Assembly (NCBI GenBank): GCA_030141605.1
Contig: JAQGDQ010002400.1
Location: forward strand, 1 to 64,000
DNA length: 64,000 bases
Reading direction: 5' to 3'
Origin: Tubiluchus corallicola
Lineage: Eukaryota; Animalia; Priapulida
Under the pieces are notes generated by a model, which saw nothing but the letters and a program-made list of their open reading frames with translations, made no database searches and was not told the origin of the DNA. Each line of letters starts with the position of its first letter. Positions within the stretch are counted from its first letter, which is position 1. Below, one piece after another: positions 49,490 to 59,394 of this stretch. A program made the translations under genes and the position numbers.

Positions 49490-51780
49490 GATCATCATCA
49501 TCATCACCGTCATCATCATCATTCATTTTCAATCAGCTCGATGTATACGTCAGTGTGATCACTGTTTAAAAAAGATTAGTACGTCAAGAAATAAAAAATA
49601 AATAAGTGACTATAGGTTAGTAACAAAGACGAATTATAAACACATGTAATTATGATACAACATTAACAGAAGTTACATCTAGACGATGTACCCAAGTATG
49701 TTATTCAGATCGTTATTGTTCAAAAAGAAAAACTCTATCATCCTTGCATTTTAAAATATCCATTACAGATTCTTTAATTAGATTATCATTTTCATTAATC
49801 ATGTAAATTGTGCATGTAATTAGTAATTATTGTGAAATAATTTTCACATATCTAATATTGTTTAATACCATTTTTATAACTTAAATGTGTGATTATTAAA
49901 AAATTTTAATAAATATTATTCCATTGTCATTGCGTCCAGTAGGTACTTATTTTAGATATTGCTTCCCTATTACATTCCCTGTTTATATTACTGCCACCAA
50001 ACAGCAGCTAGTTAATTATTGCAATTATGTAAATCTCAACCTGTTCGTCGATTTTTCTAGTTTTTGGTGTGGAACCCGATCTTACTAGGGAGGGAGGAAG
50101 CATCCCTGTAACGCTGACATTCCAGGAAGTGACGGGAAAGAATGTTATGCTTCTTCCTGTCGGCGCATGTGATGATGGTGCTCATTCGCAGAATGAGAAG
50201 CTTGACCTTTCCAATTACATGAATGGGGTAATGTTTTACTTGCTTATTAGAGCACCCAATCTAAACTTGTAAGGTTCTGGGTTCAAATCTAGTCTAACTG
50301 GTTCAGAATTTTTCTGCACCTTCCTTCCTTCAATTAATTCAGCAGTCAGTTTACTTGTTGACTATACATAAACCATTGGTTTTAACTTTGGCTTACTCTA
50401 GCTCAGTGCCTAGAAAGCCTATCATTGAATTAATGCCAGTTAATTTGATTAAATCCATATTACTGTGGATAGATGTCTCTGATTGTGTACTATTAGGAAG
50501 GGATTTCAAACCTTCTCTGCTGTGTTGAGTAGATAGCTCAGATGGTAATGCATACATCCTGAAATTACAAGTTTCTCCGGTTGAAATCATATTGGTCCAC
50601 AATTTTTTCAGTGCTTTACTCCTTGAATAAATAAGTCGTTAGTCTAATCATTAATTATACACAAGCTGCTATCTTAGTTCAGTATGTCTGTTGTTTCCAG
50701 TCGCACTGCAGAGGTCTTTATCTGGAATCATTCCGTGCAGAGTCCAGTTTGCATACATGTTGTAAGCAGAGAACTAAGTTTGCTATTTATTGATTTTATT
50801 TTGCAAAGGGACCATATCTATCGCATTTGTAGTGCCAAGTCTAATGCACACTTTCTTTAACATAACAACAAGAATACCCGAGTAGTTGTAGGGTTGCCAC
50901 CCCATTATGAACCGAAGTCAGGAGTCAAGGGGTAGTGGGGTCCGGGATGGAGCCCCCGGAAATCAAGCATTTCCTTCATTTTTTTAATGTTTTATGGGGT
51001 CTTTTTCAGTAGCTAAAATCACAAAATTCAAACTACAAAGTAGTAGAAATTCTTGATGTTAGACACCAAAAAAAACCTGAAAGTCAAATATTTACAAAAG
51101 TGCAAGCAGTGTACATCAAGTTTCTTCCCGGGGAGTTTCTTCCCAGTCAAATTTCTGCTGTTTTCTGAGATTTCTGGGATTGGTTTAACAATCAAATTAT
51201 TAAGCACTTTAGGTTTTGTGAATTAAAGCTAAAGCAGAAGAATACTTGCCTTGCAGCACTTGCCGCTGTTGCAAAAATTGGCGAAAATTGTAGACAGGGT
51301 GAAATGATAAACCCTTATTAAACTTCATTTAACAAGTTTACTGTTGCCTTAGTTAACAGAAATTCATGTGTTTTTAGCTTAATCTTTTGCAAAAGTTTCA
51401 ATAACATGCAAGTTGTATTTTCATTTTGTTTCCACTTAAAATTCAATGTGATGGTCAAAATCAAGAAATCTCAGAATTTTTCAAAAATCTGACCGAACTA
51501 CAAACCAATGGCTGAATTTCAGGAGACTCTGGACCAAATCAGGACTGGAGGCAGCCCTAGACTTGTAGCGTGCGCTTTGCATTCAAAATTGGGCTGCACT
51601 AGATCTAGTAAGTGAATGGATGGTCACTTTGGATGGTTTTAGCGAAGTGTTTTGCTTTGGTGTTCTGTGATTGTAATTTTATTGATTGCTGTTTTCCAGA
51701 TGAAAATGATGGCTGCTTATTTAGATGAATTATCCCGACTGTTTGCGACGGGAGATGGGGATAATCGGACAAAGTTGTAA
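33059..51780 (+). CDS. CNDP2: Cytosolic non-specific dipeptidase (M20A metallopeptidase), 13 exons, 485 aa
   Basis: Exons 33059-33084, 34746-34869, 36113-36283 (YGHLDVQPA), 37081-37161 (YGRGATDDK), 39067-39222 ([11 protein letters not shown]), 44711-44784 ([19 protein letters not shown]), 45202-45276 (DLHSG), 45726-45870, 46545-46644 ([10 protein letters not shown]), 47265-47436, 49174-49259, 50061-50227 (REGGSIP...[10 protein letters not shown]), 51700-51780. All phases join and sum to 1458 nt; the metal-ligand motifs are intact. Confidence 0.96.
33852..34205 (+). mobile_element. CR1 LINE 3' fragment
   Basis: RGYYLKLYK...[33 protein letters not shown] followed by a 3' UTR with a CCTAAT-type tail. 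Confidence 0.8.
36400..36679 (+). mobile_element. SINE-like element with an internal tRNA-like module
   Basis: A box TAGCTCAGCTGA, B box GGATTCAAATTCC and a T-run; flanked by about 40-bp direct repeats (36361-36399 / 36680-36719); homologous to 46025-46273. Confidence 0.75.
37384..38120. mobile_element. hAT-like MITE
   Basis: TIR TAGGGATGTTAA...TTAACATCCCTA; 8-bp TSD TGTGCCAA/AGTGCCAA; many CGATA subterminal motifs. Confidence 0.9.
40223..40467 (+). repeat. 5' LTR
   Basis: TG...CA with 8-bp terminal inverted repeat; AATAAA at 40391; identical to 44202-44446. Confidence 0.96.
40471..40490 (+). other. Primer-binding site complementary to the tRNA-Pro 3' end
   Basis: TGGGGGCTCGaagCCGGaAT, 3 nt after the LTR, versus the canonical tRNA-Pro PBS TGGGGGCTCGTCCGGGAT. 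Confidence 0.8.
41514..43976 (+). CDS. Retrotransposon Gag (coiled coil, capsid/SCAN-like, two CCHC knuckles)-aspartic protease-truncated integrase polyprotein, 820 aa
   Basis: [14 protein letters not shown]...MVLLEDFK (SCAN-like); [14 protein letters not shown] and [14 protein letters not shown]; ILRDTGA; integrase HHCC (AHELPLAGH...CHVC); LIDCVGPLP...[12 protein letters not shown]. Homology breaks at FFTQFG. Confidence 0.92.
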   Translation: MATFDPEMFWKGGLVTLPRLDKLTKDNLLALADYLNIELPTSAGKAKIIEILGNPEILKTARPREGEKSVISKSPHIPVHTPTRTDRNELELAKIALERERMELEKLRLEYQDKERQRDMEYNVKMKELELLTASTNLGAQQANNQTFDVIKNIRLVPKFSETDVETFFLTFEKIANNLKWPKAHWPVLLQSSFTGKAQEIYSSLPSTQSSNYEQLKSAVLKAYELVPEAYRQRFRNSRKGSNQTYVEFARNKEVMLDRWCRSLNVGESYEKLRQMVLLEDFKSSIPMQIKTHLENQKVDSLQKASVMADDYELANKTNFKSVQCTYCNKKGHVKTDCFKFLEKEKTAHSETISSKGGRHQDNKDASGGGYARDGPTCAYCRKKGHLRSECRILLRQKQRAGSPVAFAHNSSKEDTYSSFLSSGKVSPVSSVDTIKPVTILRDTGAAQSLLLQGVIPLDETSYTNASALIQGIEGGYIDVPLHRINLNSDYVKGPVTVGIVSHIPVDGVSLLLGNDVAGDEVITATSIVTPEPKMDAETEILEEMHPGIFPACVVTRSQAQINKDSSSEQVDDKDSSPPSTFPRENQSGSMALSHTFAAQMDKNSPTLSLKQEELIKAQTNDPSLNKLFSLVMSQEEIDNVSEGYYMQSKVLMRKWRPPDAPADEDWRVHHQIVVPQRYRKELMKIAHELPLAGHTGVKKTQDKILQHFFWPKLRKDVSQFCKTCHVCQMVGKPNQKIPIAPLNPLPVFEEPFSRILIDCVGPLPKTKSGYQYLLTIMDLTTRFPEAIPLKEMTTAAVVDALLKFFTQFGYATFRDLCYL
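43939..44160 (+). pseudogene. RNase H C-terminal remnant of the Gypsy pol
   Basis: AMQHFEIYV...[11 protein letters not shown]...[34 protein letters not shown] is the classic end of a Ty3/Gypsy RNase H; it is out of frame with the upstream ORF. Confidence 0.9.
44202..44446 (+). repeat. 3' LTR
   Basis: Follows the polypurine tract, matches the 5' LTR and is followed by the TSD CGTG. Confidence 0.96.
46025..46273 (+). mobile_element. SINE-like element with an internal tRNA-like module (second copy)
   Basis: TAGCTCAGCTGG ... GGGATCAAATCCC; 14-bp TSD AAAGCTTCACAAAT/AAAGTTTCACAAAT (46011-46024 / 46274-46287). Confidence 0.8.
48057..48255 (-). mobile_element. Probable LINE/SINE 3' end with a (TCTTA)n tail
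   Basis: Minus strand AATAAACATTATCTTATCTTATCTTA... Confidence 0.45.
48450..48807. mobile_element. Second, left-truncated copy of the hAT-like MITE at 19604
   Basis: Shares TTTAGCTGCGATT, TGCATGATCTTTGT and GAATTCGCTTTC..GGTAGAGA.TGCTCAC.CCTA. Confidence 0.75.
49399..49522. repeat. (TTA)n-(CAT)n microsatellite
   Basis: Seen directly. Confidence 0.95.
50889..51559. mobile_element. hAT-like MITE in the last CNDP2 intron
   Basis: TAGGGTTGCC ... GGCAGCCCTA termini with internal TCAGGAG motifs; TSD not clean. Confidence 0.55.
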
Positions 51781-51898
51781 TTTCATCTTCAGGCTGCATT
51801 GAACTAGAAATTTAAACTTGTTGGAAATCTAAGTCGGATAGTTTTGGATTAAATTTATGAACTGCGAATTTAAGCTATTTGTTCGTGATTTAGTAATA

Positions 51899-52514
51899 CA
51901 GTCAAACCTTGTTATACCGCCCCATTGTACCGCCAAACTCGTTTACCGCCTGCAAAATGGCCAGGAACAAAACCGCTCTATTGAACTGTTTATAAAAATA
52001 ACCTGCTATATCGCCACCCATTACCGCCATCTGCCAGGCAAATTAATATATGTGTTCAATGGGGAAATACCTCCAGTAATCTCAACTCTCTCAACTAACT
52101 TGATATAAAGCTTACTGTACCAAGCTGCTAATTGTCTCGTAGACACTGGTTTGACCTCACGTGTTGTGTTTAAATATCTGAATGTAAGTCATCATGTTTT
52201 GATTGCTTGCAAGCTATACCTACATTGCATAATTACAATTTATGCACCACTTCGTAGTTATGACTTAACCTCTTTTTACATCCAGAAATGTTTAATGGAA
52301 CAGTTGGCCTGCAATCTTTCGTATATGTAGTTGAGGACATGTTTATCACGTAAACGTTTAGAACAAAAATTGAGAACTCTAATCTATGTACACTCATCTG
52401 ACTCTTTTGTAATTTGTCTATGGTAAAATATAATGCACCTCGTTATAATGCCAAACTCATTGTAACGCCAACTTTTTTTGGTCGCAAAGTGAGCAGCATA
52501 AAGAGGTTTGACTG
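51899..52514. mobile_element. Tigger-like MITE (CAGTCAAACC family)
   Basis: TA|CAGTCAAACCT ... AGGTTTGACTG|TA. Confidence 0.85.
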
Positions 52515-52861
52515 TAGTAATGTAAAACTTACATACTATATGGGTGGAATCGAATTAAGTGAAAGGACAGTCAAATTCTGTAGTTTTGAATTTTTTGTGA
52601 AAACTGGTTTTGGGTTTTTTTGTTGTGGGAAAAAGGGATAGAGGCAAAGGAGTTTCTTGTCTTTATTTTTATGGAGTCATCTGTATGTGCACATTGATTT
52701 TTTTGTAAAATTATTTTTTAATAAATTGTTTGTTAAATTTAATCAAGTTTTCTAGCTCTGTTTGATGAAATTGTTTTACCAGTAGCTATTTATCTGTAAT
52801 TGCGAGCAAAAAGTGTGGACTGGAATACTCAAGCATTACTTTAGTTGTCATTTTAAGAAAC

Positions 52862-53050
52862 GGCAGCAGTGAAATTGAAAAGGACAGTCTGACTGCAAAG
52901 TCTAGACGTGGCAGCAATGAAATTGAAAAGGATAGTCTGACTGCAAAATCTAGACGTGGCAGCAATGAAGTTGAAAAAGATCGTCTGAGTGCAAAATCTA
53001 GACGTGGCAGCAATGAAGTTGAAAAGGATAGTCTGACTGCAAAATCTAGA
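52862..53050. repeat. 48-bp tandem repeat, about 4 copies
   Basis: GGCAGCAATGAAATTGAAAAGGATAGTCTGACTGCAAAATCTAGACGT. Confidence 0.95.
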
Positions 53051-53580
53051 TAACTGCTGAATTATTTTCTAATAAATTTCTGCAAATGTACAGAAACTAC
53101 TCAATATTCTATGATCTCATATTCCAACAACCAGTTGGTTGGCCAATTGCCACAATGTAGAATAATTCTTTTGTGACACCTAAACCAGAAATACCAACGG
53201 TTGAAAGTTTTGCTCACATGTCTCCTTTTTACATAGACAACTCGTGAATTTTTCTGATCTCTTGCTAAATTGTTGAAATTTATTTAACTAACAAGTACAC
53301 CACATACATACTACATTTTTTATACAAAATATCATATTATAACTTCAATTTTGGCTTTGGAAATGTTATTACCTGGGCCTGTTGTCCAGTTAAACCAGTG
53401 CGTCTGATTAATACTGACTACGATGTTCTTAGTAAAGCAAGATATTTGGTAAACTCACATTGTGGTTTGATCAGAACTCGCAAATGGTTTCCCACGTTTC
53501 AACAGTTGTGGCTACTTACTTTTTTTAATTAATTGGCCGCCTTGCTGAATCATTAACAATGCACTGAAAATGACTGAATA

Positions 53581-53751
53581 CAGTCAAATCTTATAACGCC
53601 AACCTCCCTTAACGCCCAAATTTTTAGCAAAACAAAATGCTTGTATTTGCATAGAAATGTATGTATTAATGGATCTCGTTATAATGCCTAGCTTGCTATA
53701 ACACCAACTTTTTTGAAGTCACAAATCAGGAGGTATAAAGAGTTTTGACTT
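53581..53751. mobile_element. Short Tigger-like MITE (same family)
   Basis: TA|CAGTCAAATCTTATAACGCC ... AGAGTTTTGACT. Confidence 0.6.
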
Positions 53752-54405
53752 TAGTCTTTAATTGAAGTACATACCCATATACTGGTATGTACATACCATA
53801 CATACCAGTAATAAAACCAAGTATTATTTACCAACATATGCTACACAAGTTTTAGCTTCTTACAGTTAAAGGCAATTAATGAATTTTTAGGTGCTTGAAT
53901 GCTTGTTGTTTTTACAAATACGAACAATATTTTTTGTTCTAACATTTATTCACCAACAGAAGCTTGGCATAGTATAAAAATTCATTACAATGTTGTGTAA
54001 AAATGTGCGCTTCATTTTTTAAACTCTCCATATTTACAAATGACTTGAATGTGCAAAGCGCTTATTTACATGATAACTGTTTGTACTTTCGTAGTCACTT
54101 GTACAAACAACATTATGCGCCAACTATAAATATTAACAAAATTTAAATACAACACAAACGACATTTGTGAGGTTCAGTGATGAGTATACACATTTCACAA
54201 GCAGACGTAACAACAATACTCAGTCTAACCGATTACACTGGACAATTAATAGCTTAAGAGAACTGTTTTTATCACTCAAATGTGCTTCACATAATTGTCA
54301 ACAACGATAACAACTATTCTAGGTGAATTGCAAGTGAGGATACGAAACATACTGGTGAGACATGTGAAACATCCATTCCTATTACAGATAAAATATCTAA
54401 ACCTT

Positions 54406-57168
54406 TTACATACTGTGTATTCTCTCTCTTAACATATTTAACTGATTTGAGATCTCAGTTGGAAGATCATCTCCCACCTGATTGTCGAAATAACTTTGCA
54501 ACTCTTCCACTTCTTCCAACCAGAAGTCCTTCGGCAGAGAGAAAAGTTTCTGAAGATCAACATTAGCTTGTAACCCACTCAGGTTGAGGGCGTTGTTAGT
54601 CGGAATGTAACCCACAGCTGACGTGACAGCAGAATCTTCGCCGTCGCACCTCCTGAACACCCAGTCCAGCACTCGCGAGTTTTCTCCAAAGCCAGGCCAC
54701 ATGAATTTGCCATCCTCATTCTTTCTAAACCAGTTAACATGGAATATCCGTGGAACTTGTCCGCGTTTTTCCATGGATAGCCAGTGTTTTAAATACTGTC
54801 CAAAATTGTACCCAAAAAATGGCCTCATAGCAAATGGGTCATGCATGATTACTTTGCCACGATGCTCAGCAGCGGCAGTAGCCTCTGATTTTACTGCAGC
54901 ACCAATGAAAACACCGTGTTCCCATGAAAATGATTCATAAACAAGTGGAACTCCTTGTGGACGTCGTCCTCCAAAGATTATTGCATCAATGGGAACACCT
55001 TCAGGATCTTCCCATTGTTCATCGATGATTGGGCATTGTGATGCTGGTGTGCAGAATCTGGAGTTAGGATGTGCAGCAGTTGATCCTGTCTCTTTTGTCC
55101 ATGGCTGACCGTGCCAGTCTGTGATTGTTACATCTTTGTCACCCTCTTTTTCCAAGCCCTCCCAATAAACACCACCATCACTTGTCTCGGCAACGTTGGT
55201 AAAAACCGTATTCTTAAGGCAAGTCTCCATTGCATTTGGATTAGTGGCATTACTTGTACCAGGAGCTACTCCAAAAAATCCAGCCTCTGGGTTGATTGCT
55301 CTGAGTTGGCCTTCAGCGTCAAATTTCATCCAAGCAATATCATCACCTACACATTCAATTTTGTACCCAGGCAAAGTTGGGTTCATCATAGCCAAGTTTG
55401 TCTTGCCACATGCACTGGGAAAAGCTGCAGCAATGTAACGTTTGACCCCTTTGGGATTGGTAATGCCAAGGATCAGCATGTGTTCTGCCAGCCAGCCTTC
55501 ATCTCTACCAATGATTGATCCCAACCGCAATGCAAAGCATTTCTTGCCCAACAAAGAATTGCCTCCATAGCCACTTCCAAATGAGACAATTTCATTGTTT
55601 GCCGGTATGTGGGTAACAATGGTCTTTTGTGGGTTGCACGGCCAGTTATTTACAGGTGGTTTTTCCATGGGAAGAGGTTGTCCAACAGAATGAAGACATT
55701 TGATAAAGTCACCATTGCCCAAAGCTTCTAGAACCGAGTCACCCATTCTGGTCATAATTCTCATTGATACTACCACATACGGGGAATCAGTCAGCTCTAT
55801 GCCAATCTTTGACAAAGGTGATCCTACTGGGCCCATGCTGAATGGTATTACATACATTGTGCGACCGCGCATGCATCCAGGGAAACGTTCCTGAACGGCT
55901 GCTTCGTAGTCGCTCGGACTTAGCCATTTTCCGAGAGATCCTGTTACTCCTGGACGAGTGATCGGGATACTGTCACGTTTGTTGGGAGTCACGATAAATG
56001 TCTTGCTTTCGACCCTGGCAACGTCGGCGGGATCAGTCTTTGCCAACCAGCTGCAATACAAAAACAACATAAATCCTAACTAACAGTCCATATTAAACTT
56101 GAACACCCTTCATAATAACAGAAGGCAATACTCGGTAGTGCACTTCTACTGTCATTATGTTTGCGAACTCTACTTCTTAATGCAGTTAGAATAGAGTGGC
56201 AGACTGAGAGTGAGACCATAAGGTTTTGTGTTTCAATCCTGGGCGACTTGAATTTGTCAGTACTGTCCTCTTAATAATAAGGGCCTAGCTTAATAATTAA
56301 TTTCCATTTAATTTGGGTAGGTGGTACTGACTGATTGCGTGGTGCCTGGATTCAGAACTACCTTAGCCACGAGTGTTCATAGCTCAAATGAAGAGAGCAT
56401 TTACAGCAAGGTTCTATGTTCGAATCCTGGCTCATTTAGAATTATTCAAAGCCTTCTTCATTCTAAAATTTAACTGTTGATTATCATCTCCAAGTGTGAT
56501 CATAAAAATGAAGAAGAACGATATGGCTTAACACTTACCAATTTTCGTACTTGGGCAATTTTTTTACCATGCCCATTGTCTCCATCATGGCGAACAGCTC
56601 TGCATTTTCTTCGTCACTGCCATTACAGATGTAGATTGAATCTGGTTTGCACAGTCTTGCTTTCTCCTCCACATAGTGACGCACGTGTGGCCGAAGTGAC
56701 TCCATATTGCCCTTAGCCATCACTATGTTCCACTCCTCATGTAACTTTGAACCACTGCATAAAACAAAATGTGATAAAAATATGTAAGCAAACGTTTTGT
56801 CCAAATTTGTTTTTGCAGCCTACATCCATCAATGTTAAAAAAACCTTTGGTGATTTTGTCTTTGCCATTCTTAGATATCTGACATTAGAATCTGCTTACA
56901 TTCAGAAAAGACTCGTATTCGAGAATGTCATTGAGCTTCAACTTTTCAAATTATGAAGCAACTCAACTAACTATAAGAGCGAATTTGACCTTTCTGTTTT
57001 CAAAGTTCTTGCAATACTACAGTTTTATTAAAAACTCGACGTGCAAAAGTAAAGAGAGCAGCAACAACCAAAAAACGAATTGTCAAAGAAAACTTACGAT
57101 TTTGTTGTGTTCACTGGACGTAACATCTCACGAGGTAGATGATTGTTATGCTTCACTATTGGCGCCAT
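54406..57168 (-). CDS. PCK: Phosphoenolpyruvate carboxykinase [GTP], 3 exons, 643 aa
   Basis: Exons 57098-57168 ([23 protein letters not shown]), 56539-56754 and 54406-56050, with consistent phases. Motifs [19 protein letters not shown]-loop [45 protein letters not shown]. Confidence 0.96.
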
Positions 57169-59352
57169 CGCTTCGACAAAAGTAGACCTAGTCTCCTTTC
57201 AGATTGCTAAATAGCAGATGAATTTATCACTTTGCATTTGACAAAATCCTAAGGAGCCTTAGAAAAGTCTGCTTAGAAGCCAAGCGCCGCACGTGTTTTA
57301 TGCATTTTCCTGTCACCTGGGCGTGGCTTTGTAGGCGGAGTGTAGTTTTTCACCCCGCGCATGTGTAATAATGATGTATGCTCGCGTACGAGTCTCGTGC
57401 TTACGGCAGTAAACAGAAAACAACAGCTAGACAGTAGACACATGTCCGTTGAAGAAAAAAGTTTCAATGTCTAGTAGAATGAGGTAGTTTTGCAAAGAAC
57501 GGCAGTTGGGCGGTTATATACTACTTTCATGCAAATCCATTCTTTTGTTCTATTCTTATTATTAAAAAATTAATGTACAACCGTAGATTCAGATTCACTC
57601 GCATTCCCAGGTGGATGAAGCGCCAGCTTAACCCTTCCTTCTAAGAGAATAGAGTTCAAAGTACTATCCGCTGGATTTATAGTAAAGGCTTAACCGAACA
57701 GTATTAGCACTTTGTACATTAGTTTTAGTACCTTGCTTTACGAATAAACTGCTGCATCAAGTTATTAAGTAGTTCATATATAAAACATTAAAACAACCAT
57801 TCCAGTTTATCTGCATGTCAGTTTTTCAATTTTATCATGTATAATGTATTTAAATTGTTTTCAGTTTGAACCTTCAAAGTTAAGCTGCGAATTTTGGTAT
57901 AAGCAAGCGTTAATCAATGACACGAATATCTTTAATCTACTACGTGCGTAAGTAACTGTAAACAACAGTATTTACTTGGTAAACAAACAGTTTACCTTGT
58001 CAACAAAGGCTTGTATTACAGATAGATAAATGCTACACTCTTATAATTGGGCATTGCTATAATACATAAATCTGCAAATTTCGTTAATGACATACCATAA
58101 ATGTTTTACAATATAGATTACTATAATTTTATTAGAGCAACAATGTTTAATAGATAAAATATGGTATGGTAGCATTTCTGTAAATTCCGGTCAAGAAATG
58201 ACGTTTCCTTTAACTAGAGTTTAAATAAAAGTATAATCTGTTCTTTAACTATGGTAGTCAGTGATTGTAAAACCATCCAGAATATACCAGAACAATTAAT
58301 CAATAATCAAGTCTCTAGCCACTGGAGAGAAATGTGTCGTACCGTAAACCTGGAGGGTCAAGGATTATAAACCAACACTGACTTTCGTCATTAATTATTT
58401 CAAAACAATTACCATTGTTAATAATTTCATGGTACATTTATGTTCATTATTGTATGTCCATTATTATGCTGATTATAAACTTTGCCCCCAGTTTTGCTTC
58501 ACGTAAACTGTGCCGGTTCAAGTAACCCCATTTTACGGTACCTGATTTGTTTGAAATTCAGAGCTAAAAATGGGTCACCAAATATGATCCCAATAGTAAA
58601 ATAGGCCATAAGCCACTCGACTGATGGATGCCATGACCTAGACCTTTCCTTTCATACACTTTTTACGGTTTTAGAAGAAAATGACAATAAAAATAATGAA
58701 ATTTGATTAGTGAAGTCTGTATACGTATGGAGTACGTAATGTTTTGTTAATGTTTCTATGTACTTTTTCATAGTATAAGGTGCGAATTATTAAAAAAGAT
58801 TATTTATTCTGGTGGTTAGTAAGAGTATTTAAAAACTTGTCACGCATCATGTACATTTGAACAGCTTAACTAAAACACGCTGATCGAAAATTATTTAAAA
58901 CTGTCATTTTCTTTTGCTGATTTTTCTCGTCATTCGATAATCCTTTATACCTGCCATTATTCTTTTTCTTCTTGCAAATGATAACTAGAAACTGCAGAGC
59001 TAAAATTAAAGTAGTATTCCATAGAGATTCTGCTGCGATTGTATGTTCTACTTAAAAATGACAAATTTAAAACTTTTTTTACAAAACAAGAATGGCTGAT
59101 ATTTAGTGTGCTGACTATAGCCAACATGATATAAATCAAAGTGAGTGAACTATTGCATTGTTGATTGGCGATATTTACTTTAATAAATTCTTTTGATCAA
59201 CAAATGTAATTAGACTGTCACGTTCGGTATGTCAACAATGTTTACAGAATTCTTATTGGGCAATGTCGTCACGATACCCGTTGGGTGAACTCTTCGTCTT
59301 CACACTATTATTTTTGGATCCGACACGAGGTGGTAGTTATACAGTTGTTACA

Positions 59353-59353
59353 G

Positions 59354-59394
<41 letters not shown>
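59353..59394. repeat. (GTT)n microsatellite
   Basis: Seen directly. Confidence 0.95.

Noticed and set aside
54623-55894. Plus-strand ORFs overlapping PEPCK (also those antisense to GT92, LYPLAL1 and Gag)
   Set aside because: Antisense shadows of real coding sequence with no recognisable motifs.
58957-59139. Possible mitochondrial-presequence exon for PEPCK (MLAIVSTLNISHS...)
   Set aside because: No phase-2 splice donor to join exon 2; the frame ends in a stop.
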